The position numbers were made by a program, and so were the translations under genes. Below the pieces are notes generated by a model, which did not search any database, was not told where the DNA came from, and saw only the letters and a list, made by a program, of their open reading frames with translations. Shown here one piece after another: positions 9,576 to 22,528 of a stretch of 63,244 bases of DNA. Numbering within the stretch: the stretch's first letter is position 1; each line of letters opens with the position of its first letter. Origin of the DNA: an uncultured Deinococcaceae bacterium (GTDB lineage: Bacteria; Deinococcota; Deinococci; Deinococcales; Deinococcaceae); NCBI GenBank assembly GCA_964252075.1, contig CAXULY010000032.1:1-63244 (forward strand), in the 5' to 3' direction.

Positions 9576-10154
9576 TCACGCCTGACGCGCCAGTACCCCC
9601 GGACGCACCCGATCGCGCCACGCCTCGATGATCCGCGCGGCGTTCTCCTCTGCGGGCCGCGTGGCATCCACCTCGAAGTCGTACGGGCTGAACGAGTGCA
9701 CCGTCTCAAGGTCCCGCCGCGCGTCCCCCGGCGGTCGGTCCCCGCGCAGCGCCTCCCGCCGCTCCAGCTCCTCCGGCGGGCAGTGCACGCCCACGAAGAA
9801 CACGTCGTGCCCACCCAGCCGCTCCACCAGTTGCCGCAGGTGCACGGGCGTCTCGATGATGAAATCCACCACGAGGTTGTTCCCCGCGTCCAGCCAGCCG
9901 CGCAGGCCATTGAAGTACCCCTCGAAGAAGCGTGGGCGCATTGCCGCCCACGCGAACGCCCCACCCTCCTGCTGGCGGCGCGGCAGCACCGGCGCGCCGA
10001 ACATCAGGAAATCCAGCGAGAACTGCAGGAAGGGCTCCTCCAGCTGCGCCTGCAAGGCGCGGCACAGCGTGGACTTCCCGGCGCTGGACGCCCCGTTGAG
10101 GAGAATCAGTTTCCCGGCCGGCCCGTCACCTATGCCTGCCAGCTTAAGCGGCAA
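9576..10154 (-). CDS. Chloramphenicol-phosphotransferase (CPT)-like P-loop kinase
   Basis: ILLNGASSAGKST, VGVHCP.EEL.RRE..RGDR, YDFEVD; start uncertain (TTG at 10154 assumed). Confidence 0.8.
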   Translation of the reverse strand: MPLKLAGIGDGPAGKLILLNGASSAGKSTLCRALQAQLEEPFLQFSLDFLMFGAPVLPRRQQEGGAFAWAAMRPRFFEGYFNGLRGWLDAGNNLVVDFIIETPVHLRQLVERLGGHDVFFVGVHCPPEELERREALRGDRPPGDARRDLETVHSFSPYDFEVDATRPAEENAARIIEAWRDRVRPGVLARQA

Positions 10155-10239
10155 GCGCTCCCGACCGGAAGGTGGGGAGTGCTTCAGCCTCGCGAAACTG
10201 GGTAGGTGGCGGCCGCACGACCGCCCGCCACCCACGTGG

Positions 10240-10773
10240 TCAGGGCCTCAGCAGCACCACCGTGCCGTCCTCCAGCTGGCCCTCCGGGGCGAAACCCAGC
10301 TTCGCCGCGAGGCGCAGGGAAGGTTCGTTCGCCGGGTCGATCAGGCAGAAGGTCTCCCGCTCCGCGAGGTGCTCGTCCCGCCACTGCAGGATGGCGGTCA
10401 TGGCCTCGCGCGCGAAGCCCTGCCCGTGCGCCCACGGCACGAGCACCCAGCCCGCCTCGGGCAGCGCGTCGTACCGCGGGTGGCCCTGCAGCATCTCCCG
10501 CTTGAAGCGCCCCAGCCCCACCTCCCCCACGAAACGCCCGGACGCGCGCTCGAAGGCCAGCCAGTACCCGAAGCCCAGCAGCGCCCAGTGGCCGGGACTG
10601 CGCAGGACGCGTGCCCACGCCTCCTGGCGCGTCGAGGGACGCCCCGTGATGAACCGCACCACCTCCTGGTCCGTCCAGAGCGCCAGGGCGTGCGTCAGGT
10701 CCTCCACGCGGTGCGCGCGGAGGTCCAGGCGTTCGGTGTGCAGGGTGGGCGCCGCGCTGAACGTCACGCTCAA
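10240..10773 (-). CDS. GNAT acetyltransferase (RimJ/RimL-like)
   Basis: [44 protein letters not shown] overlap with ilvD. Confidence 0.88.
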   Translation of the reverse strand: MSVTFSAAPTLHTERLDLRAHRVEDLTHALALWTDQEVVRFITGRPSTRQEAWARVLRSPGHWALLGFGYWLAFERASGRFVGEVGLGRFKREMLQGHPRYDALPEAGWVLVPWAHGQGFAREAMTAILQWRDEHLAERETFCLIDPANEPSLRLAAKLGFAPEGQLEDGTVVLLRP

Positions 10774-12461
10774 TCCGTGACCGCGCCCTGCGCGGCGCTG
10801 CTCACCACGCGCGCGTACTTCGCCAGCACGCCGCGCGTGTAGCGCGGCGCGGGCGGCGTCCAGGCCTCACGGCGGCGTGAGAGTTCCAGCGCGTCCACGT
10901 GCAGGGTGAGTTCGCAGGTCTCGGCGTTCAGCTCGATGGTGTCCCCCTCCTGCACAAGCGCGATGGGGCCACCCACGAAGGCCTCGGGCGCCACGTGCCC
11001 CACCACGAGGCCGTAGGTGCCGCCCGAGAAGCGCCCGTCCGTGATGAGGCCCACGCTGTCCCCCAGGCCCTTCCCGATGATGGCGCTGGTGGGGGAGAGC
11101 ATCTCGCGCATGCCGGGCCCGCCCTTCGGGCCCTCGTAGCGGATGACCAGCACGTCGCCCGCGCGGATCTCGTCACTCATGATGGCGTGCATGCACGCCT
11201 CCTCGCTGTCGAACACGCGCGCGGGACCCGTGATCTTGATGTGCTTCAGGCCGCTGATCTTCGCGACGGACCCCTCGGGCGCGAGATTGCCGCGCAGCAC
11301 CGCGAGGTGCCCCTGCACGTACAGGGGCTCCGCGAAGGGCCGAATCACGTCCTGACCCGCCTCGGGCGCGTCCGGTTCGTCCGCGAGGTTCTCCGCGATG
11401 GTCTTGCCCGTCACGGTGAGGCAGTCGCCGTGCAGCAGGCCCGCCCTCAGCAGCATCTTCATGACGCGCGGGATGCCGCCCACGTCATGCAGGTCCGTCG
11501 CGACGTACCGCCCGCTGGGCTTCAGGTCGCAGAACACCGGGGTGCGCTCGCGGATGCGCTCGAAGTCCGAGAGGTCCAGCTCCACCCCGATGGCGTGCGC
11601 GATCGCCATGAGGTGCAGCACGGCGTTCGTGCTGCCGCCCGTCGCCATCACGACCGTGATGGCGTTCTCGAACGCCGCCTTCGTCATGATGTCCTTCGGG
11701 CGGATGTCCTGCTCGATGAGCTTCAGGAGCGCCCGCCCACTCTCGGCGGCACTCTCGGCCTTCTCGAGGTCCTCGGCGGCCATGGTGCTGCTGCCCGGCA
11801 GGCTCATGCCCATCGCCTCGAACGCGCTCGACATGGTGTTCGCGGTGTACATGCCGCCGCAACTGCCGTTGCCGGGGCAGGCTTTCTTCTCGACCGCCTC
11901 GAACTCCTCACGCGTGATCTTGCCCGCCCCGAACGACCCCACCGCCTCGAACACACTCACGATGGTGAGGTCCCGCCCGTCCAGCTTGCCGGGCTTGATG
12001 GTGCCGCCGTACACGAAGATCGCGGGGATGTTCAGGCGGGAAATCCCGATGAGGGCGCCCGGCATGTTCTTGTCGCAGCCGCCCACCACGATTACGCCGT
12101 CGTGCGACTGCCCGCGGCACACCGTCTCGATGCTGTCCGCGATCACCTCACGGCTCACCAGCGAGCACTTCATGCCCTCCGTGCCCATGCTGATGCCGTC
12201 CGACACCGTGATGGTCCCGAACACCTGCGGCATGCCGCCTCCGGACTTGATGGCGTCCGTGATGTGATCCGCGAGGCCCCCCAGGCCGTTGTTGCACGGC
12301 GTGATGTTGCTCTGCGCGTGCGCCACGCCAATGATGGGCTTCTGGAAATCCTCGTCCGTGAAGCCCACGGCGCGCAGCATCGCGCGATTCGGGGCGCGCT
12401 CGTCGCCCTGCGTGACGTGGTGCGAGTTCCAGTTTAGCCTGCGCGTCTTGGTGTCCGTCAT
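10770..12461 (-). CDS. ilvD: Dihydroxy-acid dehydratase
   Basis: [54 protein letters not shown]. Confidence 0.97.
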   Translation of the reverse strand: MTDTKTRRLNWNSHHVTQGDERAPNRAMLRAVGFTDEDFQKPIIGVAHAQSNITPCNNGLGGLADHITDAIKSGGGMPQVFGTITVSDGISMGTEGMKCSLVSREVIADSIETVCRGQSHDGVIVVGGCDKNMPGALIGISRLNIPAIFVYGGTIKPGKLDGRDLTIVSVFEAVGSFGAGKITREEFEAVEKKACPGNGSCGGMYTANTMSSAFEAMGMSLPGSSTMAAEDLEKAESAAESGRALLKLIEQDIRPKDIMTKAAFENAITVVMATGGSTNAVLHLMAIAHAIGVELDLSDFERIRERTPVFCDLKPSGRYVATDLHDVGGIPRVMKMLLRAGLLHGDCLTVTGKTIAENLADEPDAPEAGQDVIRPFAEPLYVQGHLAVLRGNLAPEGSVAKISGLKHIKITGPARVFDSEEACMHAIMSDEIRAGDVLVIRYEGPKGGPGMREMLSPTSAIIGKGLGDSVGLITDGRFSGGTYGLVVGHVAPEAFVGGPIALVQEGDTIELNAETCELTLHVDALELSRRREAWTPPAPRYTRGVLAKYARVVSSAAQGAVTD

Positions 12462-13231
12462 GATGCCCCCGATTCTGCGCCGACCACCAGGGTGCGCGCA
12501 CCTGCACCCGCCCCAGCGCCCGTGGGCTCCGCCTCGGACAGCGCGAAGTCCACGGCGGCCCGCACGTGCAGCGCCGTCGTGTCGAACACCGGCACGCTCA
12601 CGTCCGCCTGCCCGACCAGCAGCGTGATCTCCGTGCAGCCCAGGATGACGCCCTGCGCGCCGCGCGCCACGAGGTCCGCCATGATGCGCCGGTACGCCGC
12701 CCGCGAATCGGGACGCACGTCGTTCTGGCACAACTCGTCAAAAATCACGCGGTGCACCAGCGCGCGGTCCTCCGCGGGCGGCACCAGCACCTCCAGACCG
12801 AAACGCTCCCGCAAGCGCCCCACGTAGAAGTCCTGCTCCATCGTAAAGGCCGTGCCGAGCAGCGCCACGCGCTGCACCCCCGCCGCCCGGATCGCCGCCC
12901 CCGTGGCGTCCGCGATGTGCAGGAACGGCACGCCGAGCGCCGCCTCAATGGCGGGCGCCACCTTGTGCATGGTGTTCGTCGCGAGCAGGACCGCCTCCGC
13001 GCCCGCCGCCTCCAGGCCCCGGGCGGCGCCTGCCAGCAACTCGCCCGCCTCGTCCCAGCGCGCCTCGCGCTGCATGCGCGCCACCTCATCGAAATCCACG
13101 GAGTGCAGCAGCACCCGCGCGGAGTGCAGGCCGCCCAGACGCTCCGCCACCCCCTCATTCAGGCGCCGGTAGTACTCGGCGGTGCTCGTCCAGCTCATGC
13201 CACCAATCACGCCCATCAACCGCTGTTTCAC
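12458..13231 (-). CDS. Aspartate/glutamate racemase family protein (YgeA/RacX-like)
   Basis: IGGMSW.ST..YY, TNTMHK, LLGT.FTM, ILGCTEI, FDTT. Confidence 0.9.
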   Translation of the reverse strand: MKQRLMGVIGGMSWTSTAEYYRRLNEGVAERLGGLHSARVLLHSVDFDEVARMQREARWDEAGELLAGAARGLEAAGAEAVLLATNTMHKVAPAIEAALGVPFLHIADATGAAIRAAGVQRVALLGTAFTMEQDFYVGRLRERFGLEVLVPPAEDRALVHRVIFDELCQNDVRPDSRAAYRRIMADLVARGAQGVILGCTEITLLVGQADVSVPVFDTTALHVRAAVDFALSEAEPTGAGAGAGARTLVVGAESGAS

Positions 13232-13590
13232 GCTTCTCCCTTCAGTCTGCGCTGGAACTTCTCCAGGCGCGGCGGCCCGAGGCGCTCCAGCAGCGCCACC
13301 AGTGTCGCATCCACATCTTCATACTCGTCCGGAATGCTTAGGCTCAGCGGGGCCTCGTCTGGCTTCGTGCCCCTAAGGCGCTGACGGGGGTGCGCACGGT
13401 GCACCTTCTCGATGCAGACCGCCACGTTCGCCCATTCCAGCAGGTCGCGGCTGATTGGATTCGCGGCGTCCCTCGCCGTGCCAGCAGACGCCACCTCCAA
13501 ATCCGGTCGACCAGAGAAGGTGGACTCTGCCGTCGGGCTCCGCAGCTTGTTCTGCGTGCAGACGAACAGCACCCGCAGGGGTCGCGTCAC
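13228..13590 (-). CDS. Low-molecular-weight phosphotyrosine-phosphatase-like protein
   Basis: VLFVCTQNKLRSPTAE (CX5R), SAGT, IPDEY; GTGA overlaps at both ends. Confidence 0.75.
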   Translation of the reverse strand: MTRPLRVLFVCTQNKLRSPTAESTFSGRPDLEVASAGTARDAANPISRDLLEWANVAVCIEKVHRAHPRQRLRGTKPDEAPLSLSIPDEYEDVDATLVALLERLGPPRLEKFQRRLKGEA

Positions 13591-14300
13591 CCCGGAAGGC
13601 CCGTCCGCAGTTGCGCCGCTTCCTTCGGGCCGTCCGGCGCGTGCGCCTCTGACCAGCGCGCGGCGGCTTCCGCGTCGTAGGGCACGCGGCGGAAACTGAC
13701 GTTCCACACGCCGCCCCGCTCCTCCAGCAGCACCCAGCGCGCGGCGGGCTGTCCGTCCTTCTGGCGGGACACTGGCCCGGCGTTCACGACCGTGAGGCCG
13801 CCCTGCGCGTCCAGCATCTCGTGGTGCGTGTGTCCCACCACCACGACCCTCGCCGTGGTGTCCCCCAGCCGCTCGCGGATTTCGGCGTGCATGGCGGCGC
13901 GCGTGTGCTTGCCCTCGCCGGTCAGCATCAGGTCCTCCCACGGGTCGCGCGGCGAGCCGTGCGCGAGGAGCACCTGCCCGTCCGCGACGCTCGCCGTGAC
14001 GGGCAGGGCGCGCAGCGCCGCCGCGACATCCTCACCCACCTGAGCCAGCACCCACGCCTGGTAGGCGGCGCTCTTCCCGGTGTTCTCCACGAGGCCCGCC
14101 ACGCGCTCGTCGGTGTTGCCGCGCACGGTGGGCGGCGCGTGCTCCAGCTGCAGGGCCCACGCGCGCGTGGGGTCCGCGCCGCCCCACACGGTGTCCCCCA
14201 GGTTGTACGTGGCGTCCGGGGATGCCGCGCGGATGTCCGCAAGCACCGCCTCCAGCGCGAAGGCGTTCCCGTGCACATCCGACAGCACCGCGAGGCGCAT
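13587..14300 (-). CDS. Metallophosphoesterase (calcineurin-like)
   Basis: SDVHGN, LGD, RGNTD, HGSP, GHTH, NAG. Confidence 0.9.
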   Translation of the reverse strand: MRLAVLSDVHGNAFALEAVLADIRAASPDATYNLGDTVWGGADPTRAWALQLEHAPPTVRGNTDERVAGLVENTGKSAAYQAWVLAQVGEDVAAALRALPVTASVADGQVLLAHGSPRDPWEDLMLTGEGKHTRAAMHAEIRERLGDTTARVVVVGHTHHEMLDAQGGLTVVNAGPVSRQKDGQPAARWVLLEERGGVWNVSFRRVPYDAEAAARWSEAHAPDGPKEAAQLRTGLPG

Positions 14301-14586
14301 CAGTACACCTGCGCGACGTGCTCCACGTGCGCGCCCTCCATCAGGTCGCCCCACACGGCCCGCCACGCCGGGAAGCGCTCCGACTGCCGGAAGTTCACGT
14401 TGTGCGCCTCCACCGACTCCCACCACACCATCAGCGTGAATACGTCCGGGCGCTCGATGCCGCGGTGCAGCTCATGCCGGATGTACCCCGGCGTGGACTC
14501 CAGGATGGGGAAGGCCTCCGGCATGACGGAGATGAACGCGTCCGCATTCCCAGGCTTCAGGGTGATGGTGGCGAGTTCGAGGACCA

Positions 14587-14587
<1 letters not shown>
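14300..14587 (-). CDS. Antibiotic biosynthesis monooxygenase (ABM) family protein
   Basis: PGYIRHEL.RGIE...F.L.V.WES.EAH...FRQS; TGATG overlaps. Confidence 0.85.
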
Positions 14588-16161
<1,574 letters not shown>

Positions 16162-16194
16162 GGCTGTGCTCCTTGAGGGTGAGGGGCGGAGGGC

Positions 16195-16230
16195 AAAAAA
16201 AGCCCCGGAGGCGCTGGGCTCTCCGGGGGC
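16195..16230 (-). terminator. Attenuator terminator of the leuA operon
   Basis: (-) GCCCCCGGAG...CTCCGGGGC followed by T7, between the leader peptide and leuA. Confidence 0.85.
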
Positions 16231-16257
16231 GGGTGGGCGACGTGACTTCCTTTCGCC

Positions 16258-16305
16258 TTACTCCCTCCGGAGTGGCGTAAGAAGAAGTCGCGCGCTGGCC
16301 TGCAT
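16258..16305 (-). CDS. leuA leader peptide MQASARLLLTPLRRE
   Basis: Three tandem CTT Leu codons; TACGAT -10 box 7 nt before the ATG; leader CTCCGG can pair with the terminator 5' arm. Confidence 0.8.
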   Translation of the reverse strand: MQASARLLLTPLRRE

Positions 16306-16429
16306 TGGGGGCATCGTACCTGGGCGGGAAGGGCGGGTCAAGGAACGCCCGTTCGGGTCGTCTATGTCACACCAGCGGACAGATGAACTGGAGTGGTCCT
16401 CCAGCCCCTACCGGAACGGGGTCCCGCGC

Positions 16430-17170
16430 TTACTGCTCGACCTTCAGGGGCAGCTGCCAGTCGATGGGCGCCTGTCCGCTCTCCTCCAGGGCGGCGTTTA
16501 CCTTACTGAAGGGCCGCGAGCCGAAGAAGCGGTCCGCGCTGAGGGGGCTGGGGTGCGCGCTCTCCACGATCACGTGCTGTTTGCCCGTGACGAGCTTGGC
16601 TTTCTTGCGGGCGTAGGCGCCCCACAGCACGAACACCACCCGCTCGGGCTTGTCGTTCACCGCGCGAATCACGGCGTCCGTGAAGGTTTCCCAGCCGTGC
16701 CCCGCGTGGCTGTTCGGCTCGCCCTGCCGCACCGTCAGGACCGCGTTCAGGAGCAGCACGCCCTGCTCCGCCCAGTGGCGCAGGTAGCCGTGGCGGGGCG
16801 GTGTGAAGCCCGGCAGGTCCGTCTGCAGCTCCTTGTAGATGTTCTGCAGGCTGGGCGGCACGCGCACGCCGGGCCGCACGGAGAAACTCAGGCCATGCGC
16901 CTGACCGGGGCCGTGGTACGGGTCCTGCCCGAGGATCAGCACCTTCACCCCGTCCAGCGGCGTGAAGCGCAGGGCGTTGAACACGTCCGGCGCGGGCGGG
17001 AAGACCGCGTGCGCGCGGCGCTCCGCCACCAGGAAGTCCTTCAGCTCGTGGAAGTACGGCGCGGCGAACTCCGGGTCCAGGGCCTGCACCCACGACGCGG
17101 GCAGCCCGGTGGGGCGGATGGGGGCGGGCGTGCTGGGCGTCTGGCCGAACAGGTCGGGCTGATCCGTCAT
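16430..17170 (-). CDS. ung: Family-1 uracil-DNA glycosylase (C-terminal moiety, probably also translated alone)
   Basis: GQDPYH, PPSLQN, GVLLLN, HPSPLS; AGGAGA RBS 6 nt before the ATG at 17170. Confidence 0.95.
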   Translation of the reverse strand: MTDQPDLFGQTPSTPAPIRPTGLPASWVQALDPEFAAPYFHELKDFLVAERRAHAVFPPAPDVFNALRFTPLDGVKVLILGQDPYHGPGQAHGLSFSVRPGVRVPPSLQNIYKELQTDLPGFTPPRHGYLRHWAEQGVLLLNAVLTVRQGEPNSHAGHGWETFTDAVIRAVNDKPERVVFVLWGAYARKKAKLVTGKQHVIVESAHPSPLSADRFFGSRPFSKVNAALEESGQAPIDWQLPLKVEQ

Positions 17171-18709
17171 GACTGGTCTCCTCGGGTTGGGTCGTGGGCT
17201 CCGGGGGGGGAGGCCGCGCGCCTCGCGTTCCGCGCGCAGGTCGGCCTTCTTGCGGCTGCCGTGGCGCGCGTACACCCGCCGCGCCTCAGCCTCGAACTCG
17301 GGGGTGGCCCGCGCCGCCGCGAGCCGTGCGCGCGCCTCCCGGCCCGCGCGCCCCTCATCCACAATGGGAGCAGGGTACGCCAGACGGCCCGCCCCACTCC
17401 AGACCCACGGCGTGTGAATAAAGTCCGTGGGCACGCTCGCGAGTTCCGGCACCCAGCGGCGGATGAAGTCGCCGTGCGGGTCCTGCTCGCGCGCCTGGCG
17501 GGTGGGGGAGTAGATGCGCGGGCGGTTGATGCCCACCACGCCGCTCTGCATCTGCACCTGCGACCAGTGAATGCCCGGCTCGTTGTCCAGCCACTGCCGC
17601 GCCAGCCACATCCCCGTGGGCCGCCAGTCCAGCCACAGGTGCTGACTCGCGAAGCTCACCAGCAGGGCGCGCATGCGGAAGTTCAGCCAGCCCGTCCCCT
17701 GCAGCATTCGCACGCAGGCATCCACCAGGGGGTAGCCCGTTTCCCCATTCGCCCAGCGGTCGAAGCGCTCGGGGTTCCAGGGTCCATCGCGCAGACCTTG
17801 CAGCGCCGCGTTCAGGCCCCGGAACTCCATGTCAGGTTCGGACTCCAGGCGCTGCATGAAGTGGCAGCGCCAGTGCAGGCGGTTCTCGAAGGCGCGCAGG
17901 GACCGCGACCAGCGCGGGTCCGCGTGCGGGTCGCTCCGCACCTCGGCCAGCCGTTGCCGGGTCGCCTGCACCACCGTCCGTAGGGAGACAGTCCCGAAGG
18001 CCAGGGGCGCCGAGAGGCGCGAGCAGCTGTTCGGCGCGGTGAGTGGGCTGCTCAGCTCATGCGGGTAATTCGCGCCGCGCTCGGTCAGGAAGGACGACAG
18101 GGTGGCGTGCGCGGCAGCCTCGCCCCCTTCGGGAACCGGCTGGCGGCTGCACGGCACACGCAGGGCCGCATGGGTCCGAATGCCCTCAGATGCCAGCCCT
18201 GTGCCCCGCAGCCCCATCGGTGCGGGCAGGACGGGCTCTGCCATGCGCGCCTCCCAGGTGGCGGCCCAGCCATCGCGGTTCCGCAAGCGCCGCACCACGC
18301 CGTTCTGCGGCATTTCCGTGAAGGGCAGGCCGCGCGCCCTCGCCCAGGCCCGCACCCGGCGGTCCCGCGCGAAGCTCACCGCGTTCCCCGTCTCCTCGTG
18401 CGCCCAGAGAGACCCGAGACGCAGTCCCAAGCCTTCCAGTTCCGCGCGCATCCCCTCCAGCACCGCCACCACCTCGCCGTGACGAATCACCAGCGGCGCC
18501 CCGAGCGCCGACAGGCTGGCGTCCAGCTCACGCAGGCAGCAGTTCAGGTACGTCAGGTGATGCCCGGCGAACTCGGGGTGCGCCACTTGCTCCGGCTCAA
18601 ATACGAACAGCGGCAGCACCGGCCCACGCTGAGACGCCGTCCACAGGGGCGCGTGGTCCCGCACCCGGAGGTTCTTCTTGAACCAAACAATCTGAACTGG
18701 GCCAGGCAT
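16430..18709 (-). CDS. Photolyase/cryptochrome-family FAD-binding protein fused in frame to uracil-DNA glycosylase
   Basis: WFKKNLR..DH, CSRLS..LAFG, RLHWRCHFMQ, TGYPLVDA, GWLNFRMRA, NEPGIHW; no stop before MTDQPDLFG. Confidence 0.85.
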   Translation of the reverse strand: MPGPVQIVWFKKNLRVRDHAPLWTASQRGPVLPLFVFEPEQVAHPEFAGHHLTYLNCCLRELDASLSALGAPLVIRHGEVVAVLEGMRAELEGLGLRLGSLWAHEETGNAVSFARDRRVRAWARARGLPFTEMPQNGVVRRLRNRDGWAATWEARMAEPVLPAPMGLRGTGLASEGIRTHAALRVPCSRQPVPEGGEAAAHATLSSFLTERGANYPHELSSPLTAPNSCSRLSAPLAFGTVSLRTVVQATRQRLAEVRSDPHADPRWSRSLRAFENRLHWRCHFMQRLESEPDMEFRGLNAALQGLRDGPWNPERFDRWANGETGYPLVDACVRMLQGTGWLNFRMRALLVSFASQHLWLDWRPTGMWLARQWLDNEPGIHWSQVQMQSGVVGINRPRIYSPTRQAREQDPHGDFIRRWVPELASVPTDFIHTPWVWSGAGRLAYPAPIVDEGRAGREARARLAAARATPEFEAEARRVYARHGSRKKADLRAEREARGLPPRSPRPNPRRPVMTDQPDLFGQTPSTPAPIRPTGLPASWVQALDPEFAAPYFHELKDFLVAERRAHAVFPPAPDVFNALRFTPLDGVKVLILGQDPYHGPGQAHGLSFSVRPGVRVPPSLQNIYKELQTDLPGFTPPRHGYLRHWAEQGVLLLNAVLTVRQGEPNSHAGHGWETFTDAVIRAVNDKPERVVFVLWGAYARKKAKLVTGKQHVIVESAHPSPLSADRFFGSRPFSKVNAALEESGQAPIDWQLPLKVEQ

Positions 18710-18766
18710 GCCCGGTCAGTCTGGCTCAGGGACGGGATGCGGACCGTGGCCCAGCAATCTGTTGAG

Positions 18767-18812
18767 GAAAGAAATGAAGGGGGCCCTTCCGCCAAAAGCG
18801 GAAGGGCCCCCT
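18767..18812 (-). terminator. Rho-independent terminator of ilvC
   Basis: 15-bp perfect stem AGGGGGCCCTTCCGC/GCGGAAGGGCCCCCT with a T-rich tail on (-). Confidence 0.85.
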
Positions 18813-18821
18813 CGCCCGACT

Positions 18822-19832
18822 TCAGACTTCCAGTTCCTTCTTCTCGATGAAGGGCATCATGGCGCGCAGTTCTTTGCCAACCGTCTCCAGCTTGTGGTCG
18901 CGCATCTTCTGGCGCTGCTCGTTCATGTACGGGAAGCCGCTCTCGGCGTCCTGAATGAAGCTCTGCGCGAACTTCCCGCTCTGGATGTCGCCCAGCACGT
19001 CTTTCATGGTGGCCTTCGTCTCGTCCGTGATGATGCGCGGGCCCGTCACGTAATCACCGTACTCGGCGGTGTTCGAGATGCTGTGGCGCATGCCCTCGAA
19101 GCCCTTCTCGTAGATTAGGTCCACGATGAGCTTCACCTCGTGCAGCGTCTCGAAGTACGCGATCTCCGGCTGGTACCCGGCCTCCACGAGTGTCTCGAAG
19201 CCCGCCTGGATGAGGTGCGTCACGCCGCCGCACAGCACGCTCTGCTCCCCGAAGAGGTCCGTCTCGGTCTCCTCCTTGAAGGTCGTCTCCAGCACGCCCG
19301 CGCGCGTGCCGCCGATGCCGCGCGCGTACGCGAGGGCCACTTCGCGCGCCTGCCCGCTGGCGTCCTGCTGCACCGCGAAGATGCTGGGCATGCCCGCGCC
19401 GTCCACGTACACGCGGCGCAGCATGTGCCCGGGGCCTTTGGGCGCCACGAGGAACACATCCACGTTCTCCGGGGGCGTGATGCGCCCGAAGTGGATGTTG
19501 AAGCCGTGCCCGAACGCGAGCGCCTTGCCCGCCGTGAGGTGCGGCGCGATGCTCTGCTCGTAGGTGGCGGGCTGCCGCTCGTCGGGGATGAGCAGCATCA
19601 CGATGTCCGCTTCCTTCGTGGCGTCCTCGATGCTCGCCACGCGCAGGCCCGCCTGCAGCGCCTTGGCGCGGCTGGGGGAGCCCTCGCGCAGGCCCACCAC
19701 GACGTTCAGGCCGCTGTCGCGCAGGTTCTGCGCGTGCGCGTGCGCCTGCGAGCCGTACCCGATGATGGCGATCAGCTTGTCCTCAATGGGGGAGAGGGAC
19801 ACGTCGCGGTCGTAGTACATCTTTGCAGCCAT
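18822..19832 (-). CDS. ilvC: Ketol-acid reductoisomerase
   Basis: [30 protein letters not shown]. Confidence 0.98.
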   Translation of the reverse strand: MAAKMYYDRDVSLSPIEDKLIAIIGYGSQAHAHAQNLRDSGLNVVVGLREGSPSRAKALQAGLRVASIEDATKEADIVMLLIPDERQPATYEQSIAPHLTAGKALAFGHGFNIHFGRITPPENVDVFLVAPKGPGHMLRRVYVDGAGMPSIFAVQQDASGQAREVALAYARGIGGTRAGVLETTFKEETETDLFGEQSVLCGGVTHLIQAGFETLVEAGYQPEIAYFETLHEVKLIVDLIYEKGFEGMRHSISNTAEYGDYVTGPRIITDETKATMKDVLGDIQSGKFAQSFIQDAESGFPYMNEQRQKMRDHKLETVGKELRAMMPFIEKKELEV

Positions 19833-19946
19833 GGGGAATCTCCTGTGGATGATTCGTGATTGAGGGGGCTTTTGGGGTTCGGGCTTCCCGATGTTCTACC
19901 GGATTGAGCGCGATGCGGCGCTCACCGCTCTAGAACACCCGGCGCG

Positions 19947-22243
<2,297 letters not shown>

Positions 22244-22325
22244 GCGGTCCTCCAGTGCGCGCGTGCGTTGAGGTGTGGGGTGTCGTGTGACTTCATGGCC
22301 TGCCTCCGGAAGGGTGCTCAAGTCA

Positions 22326-22359
22326 AGCACCCCCGGCTCCTTGTGGAACCGGGGGTGCT
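22326..22359 (-). terminator. Attenuator hairpin of ilvBNC (weak U tail)
   Basis: AGCACCCCCGG...CCGGGGGTGCT 11-bp stem downstream of the leader peptide. Confidence 0.7.
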
Positions 22360-22376
22360 GCGGTACGCGCGTGCGT

Positions 22377-22439
22377 CTAGCTCGCAGAACCCCCGGAGCT
22401 AAGAATTACGACCACAAGGTTGGTGGCGTTCACGCGCAT
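22377..22439 (-). CDS. ilvB leader peptide MRVNATNLVVVILSSGGSAS
   Basis: Leu-Val-Val-Val-Ile-Leu run (CTT GTG GTC GTA ATT CTT); TAGGCT -10 box 7 nt before the ATG; leader CCGGGGGT complementary to the hairpin 5' arm. Confidence 0.8.
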   Translation of the reverse strand: MRVNATNLVVVILSSGGSAS

Positions 22440-22528
22440 TGAACTGAGCCTAAAGGCTGGCGGTGCGCAGCGTCAAGTGTGCGTCTAGACCGGCAAAAAA
22501 CGAACGTTTGATGCGCCGGGCGGGCCGC

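Noticed and set aside
9576..10154. Chloramphenicol resistance gene
   Set aside because: The CPT-like fold alone does not establish the substrate; such kinases are common.
18757..18773. Possible RDRM upstream of the photolyase-ung gene (ATCTGTTGAGGAAAGAA)
   Set aside because: Mismatches at key positions, and it overlaps the ilvC terminator tail.
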